Of a stretch of DNA of 64,000 nt, positions 1 to 13,800 are shown one piece after another. The stretch is from contig NC_087257.1 of NCBI RefSeq assembly GCF_037042905.1, positions 10,602,001-10,666,000 on the forward strand. Reading direction: 5' to 3'. Position 1 is the first letter of the stretch; each line of letters starts with the position of its first letter. This DNA is from Lytechinus pictus. Lineage: Eukaryota. Position numbers and translations under genes: made by a program. The notes below the pieces were generated by a model. That model had not been told where the DNA came from. It worked only from the letters and a program-made list of their open reading frames with translations, and ran no database searches.

Positions 1-850
1 CACCGTTGTTTCATTTCACCTCCCAGCTGTTCATTGTCATTTGATGGGCATTTTCAATACATTACTGTGTTCTTGAATTAGCTGAGCGAAATCTCCATTA
101 TGAATTAATTGAGAACTCAAGCCTACGGAACTTGAAGGACCCAAACAACGCTAGAGTCGAAAATTTTCATTTTGATAAGGCATAAGTTTGATAGATATTA
201 GAGGAAACTGGTTATCTAATACGCCCACTGGTTAACGCTAAGGGTACATATTCCTTTCATATAAGATTTTATTTTCATATACTGTACCTCGCGTGTCCCT
301 GCCCCACCCCCCCCCCCCCCCGCCGAAAAAGGGGTTGACGAGCTTAAAGCAAAACAACAAATAATCAAAGAGAGAAATAAATATAAAAACTAAGAAAACT
401 ACATCCAGATCAACAATTCCCCTCTCACTATACTTGGCGAATTGGATGTAAAACGCAATAGGACAACAAATCATATTCCAGTATAATTAATGAAGACTTT
501 ATCGATAGCCCGACTCATCGGGGATGACAGTAATGGAACTTAGGATGCATATAGCATTGTTTCCTGTTTATTTTTTAATGTTTTTGTTTTGCCTTTCTTT
601 TGTATTTTTTAAAAATCTGATGCGCTATATTACTTAACTCACTGTACTTCTAACTTGATTCGGCCTACATGGCCCAGGGCAATGCGACGACACGCGACTC
701 AGTTTCATTTCCACCCTTCCCCTAGATGTGCTTTTCCCCCTAGGAGCATCGACTCTCTCTCTCTCTCTCTCCCTGTCTGTCTCTCTCAATCGATGGAACT
801 CAAACAATATTATTCCGAGCAAGAGTTGCCTATTTTTCATCTCTCAATAA

Positions 851-1875
851 GGGTGCGTTTATCCGCCACTTTTTCACCCTAGAATCATGATCTGAATCAT
901 GATTCAAATCATGATTCTGCAGAATCACGATAGTCGAAATTGAATATAATCATGATTAGAATCACAAACATGAAACACGAAAAAAGGGGCGTTTGGAAAG
1001 ACGTTTCTGCAGAATCACGTACGAAAATGTTCGAATAAACGATATCGTGATTTGAATCATGATTTTTTTTTTAAGTTTTTTCTCTGATATTTGTTTGTTA
1101 AACTCATCTGGTAGTGGTACGATGCAGTGTCTTAGAATATTATTTCATGATGTGCATAATGTATACGAGTTTAAGAGATTATTTTGTTCGAATTATTATT
1201 TACAATTATTACTTTGTAAACTGCATTGTATATGAAATTTGATTTGAGAGAAAAACAATAAAACATCTTAAAAAAAAAAAAATGATTATATGACCTCACT
1301 GTGTCGGGCTACTTTCGGTTTGACTCTTGCCAAGCTCAAGGCTCTCTATATGCTCATTGTATGTACATGATTATGTACTATATGCATGCATTTCTTGTCA
1401 TGTTCAAGTTCTGTGTTGGTCATCGCATCGTCCACTACTTTTCATTTTTTGGTCATGTCTTCAACTTCAAGTTCTAGTAAATTAATTAACTGGACAGACA
1501 ATGATCTCAGTTGTTGTTGAGTATAGAGTGTCAATATTAAATTGGATCTACGCTGAAATTCACTTCCGAACACCATTTTGGATAAACTAACAAGATGAAT
1601 AGAAGCATATGGACCCTATATGATAGAATTAAACAAAATTAGGTATAGACTGAATTCTGGAAGCAAAAGATTTTTCGAGAGCCGAAACACGTGCGAAAAA
1701 CTTCCTCTGTCAAACTGCGCACTAGTGATGCGCACTGGATTGGCCCGAATCTGAGGAGAAACAGCATTGGAATGAAGGTCGTCTAAACGCTGATTCTGTG
1801 ATATCGTGATTCATGTTTGTGTTTTGAATCATGATTCAAATCATGATTCTGGATTGAGGTCGCATAAACGCAGCC
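851..1875. mobile_element. PIF/Harbinger-type non-autonomous element (MITE)
   Basis: TIR GGGTGCGTTTAT (851) / ATAAACGCAGCC (to 1875), flanked by TAA on both sides (848-850, 1876-1878); subterminal AATCATGAT repeats at both ends. Confidence 0.75.
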
Positions 1876-2258
1876 TAAAATAAATATAGACATTAAGCTG
1901 TTTATCCTATCTCCATTCTACTAATATTCGTATAAATTCTGTGTTGTTCGATTGACTATCGAGATATATTATAATATAGCTACATCAATTACGGGCATTA
2001 TCATAATTATCTATTTTAACTGCATATATAAGTGAACCTTTTTGGCAAATATATAAAGTTCGAGTATAATGAAAGTACGAAGCCTACATGCACTACCAGA
2101 CTCGACTAACCATAAAAATGCAATGTACAATATCTGTGTTTTTATATCAAAGATAATTAACTTTAATGAGTTCAATTTTAGCACATTTTTATAATTTTAG
2201 CAATTTTTAGTTCAATTCAATCGCTGCTGCTTAACAGAAAACACGGATAAAACACTAT

Positions 2259-2572
2259 TTAATTACCTTTAACTCTTGATCGCGCAATGATAGTCTGCAA
2301 GTGAAGTTTATCATCTTTCTCGAAGTCGTTTTCAGGGTCCAATTCCTTCATACAAGTGTCTTCCAATTCTTCCATAGTTGGACAGTAGATCAAGTAGCCG
2401 ACTTCTTCGGATGGTCGGGGTAGCCCAGCCGAGGCCGCCGCTCTGCTAATGTAGTTCATGTTGGAGATTCTATTAGAAATAAAAAAGTACTTCATGAGAA
2501 CATGTTCACTTCGGAAGAAGACAGCTGTAGGTATACCGATGATGGCAAAAACAATGGGCTGGATCAAAATTC
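2259..2572 (-). pseudogene. Putative terminal exon of an unidentified (possibly decayed) membrane-protein gene
   Basis: Open frame ILIQPIVFAIIGIPTAVFF...RSRVKGN* with a hydrophobic helix then a charged tail, preceded by an acceptor-like ctgacag; no family recognised. Confidence 0.35.
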
Positions 2573-4599
2573 CTGTCAGTTCAGGGTAAATCAAACCTCG
2601 TCACTATGTGATCAAAATCATGATCGAGATATAGTGTGGTGGTATACACTTCGCTTATACACACATGGAGATAAACTATACTTCAGAGTAAATTGCACAT
2701 ATTATATATAAAGTACAAGTCGAGTACGCACATGCGCACACACCAACGTAAATGGGACATTATTAGGCCACCAAAAACACAGCAGGTCTATACTAATAGA
2801 GAACAAAGAACACGTGATAAAGCGAATTGTGGCCGTCGTGCCTGTAATCCTCAAATCTGCTTTCCATTCAGCTGGGTTTATTATTTTCCATTATATTTGG
2901 TAAAAACAAATGAAGTATTTTCTCCCAGGGGTACAATGACCGCGTCTGGGATCCGCCCCACCCCAAAAAAATACAGCAGCTGTTCAACCAGCATGCAAAA
3001 TGTATCGAGGTAACTCACACCCACACCCGTAATAGGAATATCTTCGTGAAGAGAATTTTTGGTCCAATGACGTCGACTTTACCGGTTCCTAACAGATAAC
3101 CGATCGATGTCAAAATATTTTTAGAGAGGACGATTCTGTGATACATTAACGAGCTAGGTTTCATCCATTAGATTCAAACTTCAAATCAAATAAATTTAAC
3201 AGAAGCGGGGAGTAGGCTTTGATATAAGATTTTTCTTCTTTTCTTTGTTTTGTTATGAATGAGTTATGCCAAACGAATATAACAGGGTTCTGAATCATAA
3301 CAATATGGGTATTCCCACTCATTCAATGAACAAGGTTATGATATAACCTTGTTCTCAGTTACATCTCCTTGTGTGGCAAAATATAAGGGTGGCAATTTTG
3401 GCTTATTTTCTCTTTTTCTATGGGACAAATGCTTGTTTTTCTTACAATGTCAGTTTCCATTACAGCTATTCATCATATAAATTGGCTCTTATGTAAATTT
3501 GATTCTTTAAATTACTTTTTCTTAATTAAAAATAGAGATTGAAAAATGAAATTTTTCTTGCCATATTACTATATTACTTTCCACCAATAGAGGGCGTACA
3601 CAAAAATATGTCCAAAATTCAAGTTTTTGAGCGCTCTGGTGAATACAAAAATTATTCCCAAGTTACTAATGAAAAATAAATTGCAACTGTATGGAAATTA
3701 GTAATTTTGGTCACTAAAGTGATATTTTAATGATTTTTTTAAGTGTGTGATATGTACAGCATTGGCATACCATAGTCCTAAGCTGTAGATTCCCCACAGA
3801 CAGGATGGTTGCAGTGAACAAGTGGGTATTCCTAACATTCCACTTGGCTTTGACCTTCCATGCGGTACATAATAGGCCTATCGATTTTCTGCTCGGGTGA
3901 TTTTCGAAAGCCCAGCTAAATGCAGTATATACCACTCATTCAATGAACAAGGTTATGATATATACCAGTTTCGAATTAATCAAGTTGATTAAATGAATTG
4001 CAATGATTGAATGATATGTTAATAGGACACCACGCAAGTTTCTCAAATTTAATTACCACTATGTTTTTTGTACCAGAGCCGACCAAAGAAAAATTATATT
4101 CTTACAAAAATTCAGTTTTTTAGGGTGTCCCCATCAATCCGATCATTTTGCGCGCATTTTAATGATCTGTCTTCGATACGATGGATTTTGCTTGTGTCTA
4201 TAATTTGCGCGTGTTTTTTTCCTTGTTTTATCCTTCTACTTTTGCACTTAAAAACTGTATGAAATAGTACACTCACATTTTGTCGGTCCTTGCTTGAATT
4301 CAGGTGTCTCGATAACGATGAACCTTACGTGTTCAAGTACATAGCTCGCGGCAATTGAGCAGCATCGTGTCCCTCTGTACGCGTATATTTATGGGCCCAT
4401 CGAAGTTGAAAAGAAAGGGCGCCAAAACGGATCCATCAATAATATGGCAGAACATAACAGGACTCCGCAAGTACAGTATAGTAGTAATAGTAGGCAATGC
4501 CTGTAAGCAGATAAAGGACGAGGATATTGCTTTTTTTTTTGTCCTCTACTAATTATAGAAGACTTCCTGTCTATACACACCGACTTAATTCACTATATA

Positions 4600-5390
4600 C
4601 ATGGGCGGAAATCCCAGGGGGACCAGGGGGACGCGTCCCCTATACCAAAAATAGTAGGGGGACACAATATCAAATGTCCCCCTTACTATTTTTGGTCTTT
4701 TATGATGGAGAAAAATACATAATAGTAATAGAAATAATAATAGTTCTTGTATAGCGCATAACACATTTAAGTGAAAACCTTTTTTTGCTTGTCAAATTTT
4801 TATTAATTAAAATGACCTTACATTTTGGGTGATAACCTTTTTTTTTTTGCTTGTCAAAGTTTCCAGCCAATGAGTGTATATACACCTAATGGACCGATCA
4901 TGCCCTTGCGTACCTACGGGGGGGGGGGGGCAGGGCGGCAGTCTGCCCCCCCTGACGATTCACGTACAACCCATGCAAAGGACGTATCCCTGCCCCCCTG
5001 ATGAGCTTGAAGACCTTTTTGCCCTCCCCTGACGAGCTTGAAGAGCGTTTTGCCCCCCCCCCCCCCGACGAGCTTGAAGACCTTTTTTTGTGATTGAAGA
5101 CTTTTTTTGCTTGTCAATTTTTTGGCTGACGGTTTTGCCCCCCCTCCCCCCCCCCCCCCCCTGTGGAAAATCCTAGGTACGCTACTGCCGACATGTACAT
5201 GTAATCTAAATCTAGTATAATTATGCTAGGCGGATTCACGGGCTGCCCCCCCCCCCCCCCCCACGGCATGAAAAAACATTTGTAGTGAAAAATATCGAGC
5301 ATACGTATACGCAGATGAGGACCTTATTTCTCGTCAAATTTTCTGAAGAAGAACTTTGACCCCCTTATGGAAACTTCTTGATCTGCCCTG
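4600..5390. repeat. Cluster of short GC-rich, poly-G/poly-C MITE-like repeats
   Basis: Several G/C runs, repeated gacgagcttgaagac and tttttttgcttgtcaa motifs, and short inverted ends (gcgtaccta / taggtacgc). Confidence 0.5.
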
Positions 5391-6392
5391 CAAACGCAGA
5401 CGGCAGTATCGATATGACTGGCGCTTATTACACTCTATTTGAGTTAGAGAATTATTCCGAATTGATTCGGAAGGGCGTGACATCGGCCGGGTTGAAAATC
5501 ACTGAGTCAAAGTGGCATGGGGGAGACGAGTCACTTTGACTTGAAGCAGAGTCATATGACTCTCAACTGGCATCATTCCGATATAAGAATGTATAGTATA
5601 TGCCTATAAAGGCCTATGTGAGACCGGCAATAAATGTATTAATGTATCATTTAACTGTTTAGGAATAGGGGGAGACCGGGGAGAAACTGAATGGGACATG
5701 GGGAGAAATGAGACACTCTTGTAACTTGAAAAAAAAAAAATCAGCCAATCAGCAAGCCGGTTACATCATTAGTAAAAAAAAAGGTGTACCTATATAATAT
5801 ACAGACATAGCTCTAAACAGGTTTATCAGTATCCTCTACAGCTCTACATGTAAGTTATAAACGAGTTTCTTTTGATATCCCTTCTTAGATGCCTTTTCAT
5901 CGTTCTTGTGAGTAAAATAAAGTATATCACATAGATATGGTAGGTCCTATATTATGCTATTTAGTAAGTTAATAAATGTGCAAACTTCTGAAGATAAAAT
6001 TGTTTGATAAAAGACAGGTTAGAAACCGTGACTGCCGTTTGATTTTATTTTTTTATTACTAAGGGGGAAATGTCCCATTTCTCCCCGTACTGTCCCATTT
6101 CCCCCAAGCACGTGTAAGTTCTACTTCAACACCTCCCCTCTTATAAAGGGGACTCATAACATCGTAAAGCTGAAGTCATTTGTACGTACCGAAACAAAAT
6201 GGAACTAATATAGTACACAATATCATCTTCTTTTTATCAAGTGACTTACATCATAAATCTGAAAATGAACGAATGCTCTGGGTCATCGGACAATGATTCT
6301 TTTCGGTATAAACTGCCCAAATATGTTACTATAAACTAGTTTATTGTCGGCAGTTGGATATCTTCAATGGCCGGCCTATGCAAGATATATAC

Positions 6393-8090
6393 CACTGGCG
6401 TAAATCCCGGGGGGATGGGGGGATATATCCCCCCCCCACTTTTCGAGGGGGGTGGCCTGTACAATCATCCCCCCCCCCCCACTTTTTACAAAAGAAATAA
6501 AAAAAAATCACAAGAGATAATTGTTTTATTGGTGAAAATTCTTCCTAAAATACCGCTTAACAAATAAAACAATATTATTGAATCATAAAATGCAAATAAA
6601 GAGCCAGTTCACCATTTCCAAACAAAATAATTATGTCCTTATTATAACATTGAAGAGAAACCCCCGTTTCTTCCAATTCATCAATGTTGGGGTCTTTGGG
6701 AAGGGATTAAGATGGATTGTCAAAAAATTTTGAATGTAATCTCTAATAAAACCATTAAACAATCATGAGGTAAAAAGATAATAATATTGGAGGGGTATTT
6801 GCCATATGGACATATACAGTAGCGTAACTACGGGGGGGGGCATGGGAGGCACATGCTCCCCCCATCGGCTGACAAAAAAACCCCGGGGAAATGGGGAAAA
6901 AGAGAAAAGAGGGAGAAAGGAAAAGAAACGTAGTGGGAAAGACGAAAGTATTATTCATTATAATGTTATATTATATTATAATTATGTTATGTTACATTAC
7001 ATAAGAAACATTTTTATGATAACTTTATGAAACATAAACATGGTGCTCGCATTGTCTGTTCAACGAGATATATAATCCTGTTGTACTAAAACATCCCATT
7101 TTCAAGTCAATATAAACCAAATACATTTCCTAGCACTTGAGTTATCATTGTTTTATGTAGTGACATAGGCCTATGCTTCTTTTACATGACTCAAAAAGTG
7201 ATTGCCCCATGTTAAGGTCTTCGTAGATATAAAAACATTTCCTGTCCGTGATTACATTCGCATTAGTGGATTGGTGAGATATGTCTGCTCTTCATGAATT
7301 CCTGAAATCAGTCCTTAAAATGTCCCTTTTTCTGATCTGAATATCAAAAATTTTCAGCTCGCGCTTCGCACTCGCATCATTTGGTTAATGAAATACGTAT
7401 GGTCCAAGTTAATTCCTACAAAGAAACCTTAGAACGCCCCACTTCAGGTCTGAATTATCTAACTTATCTAAATTTTCTGCTCGCGCTTCACGCTCGCAAT
7501 ATTTGATTAGTGAGATGCGTATGATAATCATGATTGCAATGACTACAAAAAGTGTTTCATGTGTTCAGATGTAATTCTAATAAAATCAGCAAGCGCTTGG
7601 CACTCGCATTAGATGACTATGGTGAGATATGCATACTCTTAATGGATTCCTAAAATATATTCCTTAAAATCTCGCTGTTTGGGGTCAAAATATACGAAAA
7701 TTTCAGCTCGCGCTCGCATTGTTTAGCGAGACAGGTAACTATCATGATTACGCAAATTTGATTATAATGTCCCTTTTTAGGTGTGAATATAAAAAAAATT
7801 CAGCTCGCGCTTCGCGCTCGCATTATTTGATCAGTGAGATACATATCCGTTCAATGACATTGTCCTTAAAATGTCTCTATTAGGTCAGAATAACTAGCAA
7901 CTGAGCGCACTTCGCGCGCTCACTCAGTGATTCAAAAATTTTGCTGGTGCCCCCACAATGCCGTGACCCACGGTACGCCACTGTGGACATATCAATTACA
8001 ATTCCTTGCATATCTAAAAACATGATTGCAAAAAAAAAGCCAAAATATTTCAGTCATCCCCCCACCCCTCAACACGGATTTACGCCAGTG
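6393..8090. mobile_element. hAT-like non-autonomous element (outer element of a nested pair)
   Basis: TIR CACTGGCGTAAATCC / GGATTTACGCCAGTG with a perfect 8-bp TSD ATATATAC (6385-6392, 8091-8098). Confidence 0.85.
6817..7983. mobile_element. Nested non-autonomous DNA transposon with internal tandem subrepeats
   Basis: Ends CAGTAGCGTA / TACGCCACTG; flanks TGGACATATA / TGGACATATC (9/10 identical); internal repeats of aaatttcagctcgcgcttcgcgctcgcatt. Confidence 0.75.
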
Positions 8091-8099
8091 ATATATACC

Positions 8100-10500
8100 C
8101 TCATCTGAACTCTAATATTTGTTATCACTTTGCAAATTTCATGGGCTTTCGACATATATCTGCTGATAGTCCTATACCAATATCACAAGGGACCGATAAA
8201 GCTGTAAGAGAGTATGTTTCTAAGCAATTGATTCAGATGAAAGACCAGATGTCGTCATTGGTAGAGTCATTAACCTCACCTACACAATTAAAGCAATATT
8301 AATTAATACTCAACTGAATGAAAGCCCATCTCATTCCATGGAGGTCACTGTCCCGATCGTCGAAGTAAACAACAGATACGATACTCTACTGCTTGATAAC
8401 ACTGATGATGAAGTAGAAGAAACAATCGCCATTGTAAAGAGATCTTGTGAGCAATTGGCAGATTACAGGCTGAAGAAAGAAATTGACTTCATATGCTAGC
8501 AAAGACAGTTGAGAATGAAAGAAGGAAGCTACAACAATGTGATGTTCTCACAATAGGAGATCCAATGATAAAGCCTCTTAATCCATCTACGATGTCCCCA
8601 ACAAAGATAATTAAACGTAAGACCCTTCCAGGTGCAAAATAGAAGATTTGTTTGAACCAACAAAGAATATGGTTGAAAAGACCAAGGAGATAGGTGATAT
8701 CTCCTTGAAAAGACCCTGCATAAAGAGGTCATCATACATGTTGGATCAAATAATCTGGCAGCGACTGACTCGATTACTACTGAAAAGAAAATAGAGTAAC
8801 TGGCCCTTTTAAGTCCAAGGTGAATGCACTTCAGTAGATGCAATGTCGATTAGTTCCATCATCATAAGCATCAGCATTTTTGCAATGATGGCATACCACT
8901 CAGACCTGAAAGAGATAGGCCTATATAATATAATAAACCAGATGGTGATCGAAATTGCGAATCTTCCAGACGATCTCAGACGATAATTAAAGGGGAATCC
9001 AACCCAAACAAAAACTTGTTTTTTGAGGAAAAAGGAAAATCAAGTTGATAGGTGAAAGTTTGAACAATATCGGACAAACAATAAGAAAGTAATGAATTTT
9101 CAAAAGCTGTGAATATTGGTAATCACTATAACCATGGAGACTTCAAATTGGCCGTATATGTGATGTCTTAGGCAAGGACTACTCTTCAATGTACTCCAAT
9201 ACATAAAATGGCTAAAATGACATTTTTTTTCAAAAGTTTTACTTCAAATTATATTTTTCTTTCATGAGGTCATAAAACAATATACTACCTGGGCTTTATT
9301 TAGATTACTGCCCCAGGGGAATTGGTAATTAGGAGAAAACCACAAATCACTGATAATAAAGTACATGGCCTATAGGAAAGTTGTCCTTGCCCCTTGTCAT
9401 AATTTACGTACCCAGTTGCCAATTTGAAATCTACATAGTCTTAGGGATCTCAATTTTAAAACAGCCATAACTTTCTTATTGCTTGTCCGATTGCTTTCAA
9501 ACTTTCACAATGCTGTTTTATTTATTTTTCTCCTTTCAAACACAACATTTATGACCAAGGCTGGATTCCCCTTTAACAAAGGCACGAGAATCGTAAAACT
9601 TTATCTTCCACCTATATGCTTCCAGACATCCCTTATCATCATCCCAGCATCATATCTCCATGACAATGCAGAACCCACATCTGCAACTTGCCATAGATGT
9701 ATCAAATTAACCTAAACTACAGTATATGGAATCACAAAATGAGTTATGCGCATGTTACCTCCTCCCATAACTACTCTGGATGCTTTTATTGCGGTGAAAC
9801 AAATCACAAATACCCAAACTGCCACTCCGGATAAAAAAAATCAAGTGCTACCTTTGTAATGAGCTTGGTCACAAACGTGAATTCTGCAAGAATATAAACT
9901 ACAACTATTACTAAAAATCTGGCCAGGAAGGCTGTGCCGATAAAGATGCGCAGAAGAAACACTTTCCAATTAAACAACTTAAGAAAAACAATAAACACTC
10001 GAGACTCTAAAACTTGAAAGTGGCGCATTTCAATATTCGCAGTTTGTTTGATAAACTAGATGAAATCAATTTTAATTTGAAAACTATGGATATTGATGTA
10101 TTATGTCTATCAGAGACATGGTTGAACAAGAATATTACTAGTGAAATTGTGAAAATTCAAGGATACTCCCTCTACGTGATAGATGATGACCGTCGAGGCG
10201 GCGGTGTCCGTGTATGTAAAGAGTACCCTAACATACATCGAAAGAGATGATCTTAGTGACAGTTCTTTAGAAGTAATCTGACTACAAATTCAAGGCCTGA
10301 AATTAGAAAAATTACTAATCTGTTGTATATATAGACCTCCAGACACAAATGCAGCTTATTTTGAGAAAATCACAGCACTTTGAAAAAGCAAATAACACAA
10401 ATATGGAATTACTTATTCTTGCATGGTGATTTGAATGTTAATTCATGATAATCCTGTTCATTGTCTTGAGAATCTGTTCTTGTTAACGCAATTGGTCACT
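8100..10500 (+). mobile_element. Degenerate CR1/L2-group LINE 5' fragment (ORF1 SGNH esterase remnant plus ORF2 APE endonuclease remnant)
   Basis: EVIIHVGSNNLA (8725-8760) resembles SGNH block III; 10014-10440 encodes HFNIRSL..DVLCLSETWL..RGGGV..CIYRPP..GDLNV (APE motifs) with frameshifts and stops. Confidence 0.8.
8991..9572. mobile_element. TTAA-targeting (Kolobok-like) MITE inserted in the LINE
   Basis: TTAA|AGGGGAATCC ... GGATTCCCCT|TTAA; related partial copy at ~54311-54690. Confidence 0.8.
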
Positions 10501-10589
10501 TTTGGCTCTGTATAGCCCCACTCCCCCTCGACAGTACCGCGGCCCCTCATTGGCTCGATCTTTACACTATATAGTTTTACTTCTGTTAA

Positions 10590-10880
10590 AGGAGAATGAA
10601 ACTCTTGGAGCAAGTTAGCTTTTGTGAAAGCAGAAAAATCAAAGAATAAGATCAACAAAAGTTTGAGTTAAATAGGACTAGCAATAGAAGAGTTATGAGC
10701 ATTTGAATGTCGAGATCACTAATGCTATGGAGATCATCCCATTGGCAATGCGACTAAGATCTATGATGTCACAGATGAACAACTCTCCCCTTTTGGACAC
10801 TGAAAATATACCCAAAAACATCTCTTTTTGCTCATTCTAATCATATGACAAACGATTCATCAATGATATAATGTTGTGAA
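10590..10880 (+). mobile_element. Left part of a TTAA-targeting MITE (family of 59681-60128)
   Basis: TTAA|AGGAGAATGAAAC...; collinear with the 59681 copy through gatcactaatgctatggagatc. Confidence 0.7.
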
Positions 10881-12369
10881 CAACGTTCTCGCTACCACGC
10901 GTCACGGTTGGCGGGCGCCGACAACCCTGAAAATTTTCAGGGCAAATCCGCCAACCGTGAACTTCCCCGACAACCGTGGCCGACAACTGTAAAACAGGCC
11001 TAGATCCACACAAAAAACTGAATAATATATTTAAAATAAAAACAATCTGCTTTTCAGATCCTAAAATAAACTTGTCGATTATTTCTTCCACGATTTCTTC
11101 CCGGGATTTCTTTGCTTCGCTACTATGCTGTATACGATACGACCTCGACTCGAGGCCCAATTTAACTCTCTCTCTCTTATCTGGGAAGTGCGAAGATGTT
11201 TACCTCGCATTTGCGTATCGCATTGCTCTCATTATTTACGTCTTTAAAATGGTAGTAAAATACGCTCAAAAATAAAGTGAGAAGAGAGGGGTACCGTGGG
11301 TTACTGGGTTGGGCAATGTAATTTAGATGTTACGAATTTCAGTTGATATTGTCATTTATTTTGTCAAAAGTAAAGTGTGTCAAAAAATAATATAAAAATT
11401 CGATCGAAATTTAGTTTCATCTCGTCCCAGGCCCCAGCCTTATTATAGCTACATCTACATGAATTCATTGAATGCATTTCTGATGACACTGCCGTAGAAC
11501 GAATTGAGAAAATTATTAAAAGATCACGTTAATAATGACAAAGCCACAGCCACAGGAATGGATTGATATAATGTCCAACTCATTTACTTACAGCAAAATG
11601 ATTATTCACATTTATATTCCAATTTTACTCCATAATTTCCAAAGTCTTGATCTCTACATCGATCTTTTGAAAGTGTTGATTAATTTCGCGACGGTGTGTC
11701 TACCAAGTTCTGTGTCACTGCACTAGCGCTCGCCATGGCCACATACATAATACAAATCGCACATGGCATCAAAATCTATCCGAGTCTTCCAAAATTAGAT
11801 GGGATCCAAAACCGATTTGAATGTATTTTTTTTCTTCAGATATTCATTGAATCTGTTATAATTTTCTTAAGTAATAATCTTTATTAATTTTATTCACGCT
11901 TTTTATCATATTACGACTCATTTTTTAATGTGAGTTATACGTACAGTGTATTTTCATTTGTATTGTTCTTTATTACTCTTTGCCTGCCAATTAGTCATTA
12001 CAGTGAATGCTTCATGAAAAAACAACTCCCGGTAACAACTACGATTTAAAATAAAATATTATTTGAAATTAATTTGTGTAAAGGAGAAAGAGAATAATGG
12101 GAGGTGGTCGTGGGCAATGTAAATGAAAATGATGGGATGTTTGTGACTTTGTGGGGGAGGGGATTGGCGAAAAGAAGTCAATGTTCGGAGCGAATTAAAT
12201 TAATATTCTTTTATGGATGTGTCTACTGTGATTGTGGCTGCATAATCTTTATGGCGAGTGGAAAATCAACCCTTGGACTTGGTCGGGAGGGGTACGTGAT
12301 TCAATAGATTTCAATAAAAGTACACATTCAACAAAGTGGAATTGACAATTCATTCACAGATATTCATTT

Positions 12370-12522
12370 CAGGGCCGCGGAAACAGGGGGGGGGGGCTGG
12401 GTGGGCTTCAGCTCCCCCACTTTTTTTTCCAAAACCATGTACAAAAACAGGACCACCTGATTGCGTTTTTTGCATGGTGGTCAGCCCCCCCCCCCCCTTT
12501 CAAGACCTTTCCGCGGCCCCTG
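12370..12522. mobile_element. Short GC-rich MITE with 5-bp TSD
   Basis: CAGGGCCGCGGAAA / TTTCCGCGGCCCCTG flanked by CATTT on both sides. Confidence 0.7.
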
Positions 12523-13406
12523 CATTTCAAGTACGAATTATTGAAGTTGATATGTGTGAACGTTTTAGAGGATATGTATTTCGTTTGCCCACGCCCACAT
12601 GAGTTGCTAGTATAATTTGAATATCGCTGGATGAATTTTTCAATTTCACTTATGTCGTTATATATGTTTTATATCGGAATTGTGTTTTATATATAGAGTT
12701 ATCTTTACAACGTCGTTAGCCTAATTACTGCGAGTGGATTATATTTATGAAATGAATTGGAATGTGAACGAGATCGACGCCCCAAAGCCGATGGCACGTG
12801 ATCTAATTAGTATTCACTTTCTGGGTTGAGCCAATCATTGTGCTTGAAAACGGGTTTCCCCGAATTCCCGCCCTTGGAATGACTGTGTACCATGTGCGTG
12901 ACCTGTTAACCTGTTGTATGAATGCGAATCAGCTGGTTTCGTGACCTCAAATATTCTTCATGTTGTTTACGCTGGATGGGGGCTATAAAAAGATCTTTCT
13001 GACTCTTTTTTTTTTCAATTTTAATAATCTGTTCGTGAATTTCTGTAACTTGAAAACTGATGCAATTTATTGAATCACGTACCTCGATCTTCCCACTCAT
13101 GGTGCAAGAAAATATTTTAAAAATTTAAAATCGCCAAAATATACATGTAAAGAAAGATTATTCAGCCGTCATCATCAGTAGTAGTATAGACATGTCTATA
13201 AATATGCATTCGCTTCGAATATTGACTTCTTCACCAATCCCACACACACGTACGATCTCAACATCCCCTTGTCATTGTCCACGCCACGACCCCTCCCCTT
13301 TCGCGCTCCCCCTTCGACCATCCTAGCTACAACCCCCCCCCCCCCTCTTCCTCTCTTTCACACACGCTGTATTTGTAGGCCTACATAGTGCATTATTTGA
13401 AAATAC

Positions 13407-13800
13407 AAATCTGCTTTCCTGTCAATTAAGCTTTACTTTCTAAACATTTTAAATCGCAATTAATTATAATAAGAACAAAATCGTAATATTAAAGTATGAT
13501 GAATGACTAAAAATATTTCTCCCGCTCGTGATGGACACATTCATTATTTTATAGGCGAGTATAGAACAATACAAATGAACATATAGCAATAATTGACAGT
13601 GAGTATAAATCTACTTTTCTGTCAATTAAGCTTTACTTTTAAAACATTTTAAATCGCAATTAATTATAATAAGAACAAAATCGTAATATTAAAGTATGAT
13701 GAATGACTAAAAATATTTATCCCGCTCGTGATGGACACATTCATTATTTTATAGGCGAGTATAGAACAATACAAATGAACATAGCAATAATTGACAGTGA
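13407..13800 (+). repeat. Tandem duplication, 200-bp unit, 2 copies
   Basis: aaatct.cttt.ctgtcaattaagctttac...ttgacagtga starts at 13407 and 13607, near identical. Confidence 0.9.

Noticed and set aside
2828-2851. Second 7SL-like head (tgtggccgtcgtgcctgtaatcc)
   Set aside because: Too short, with no B box, body or tail; probably chance
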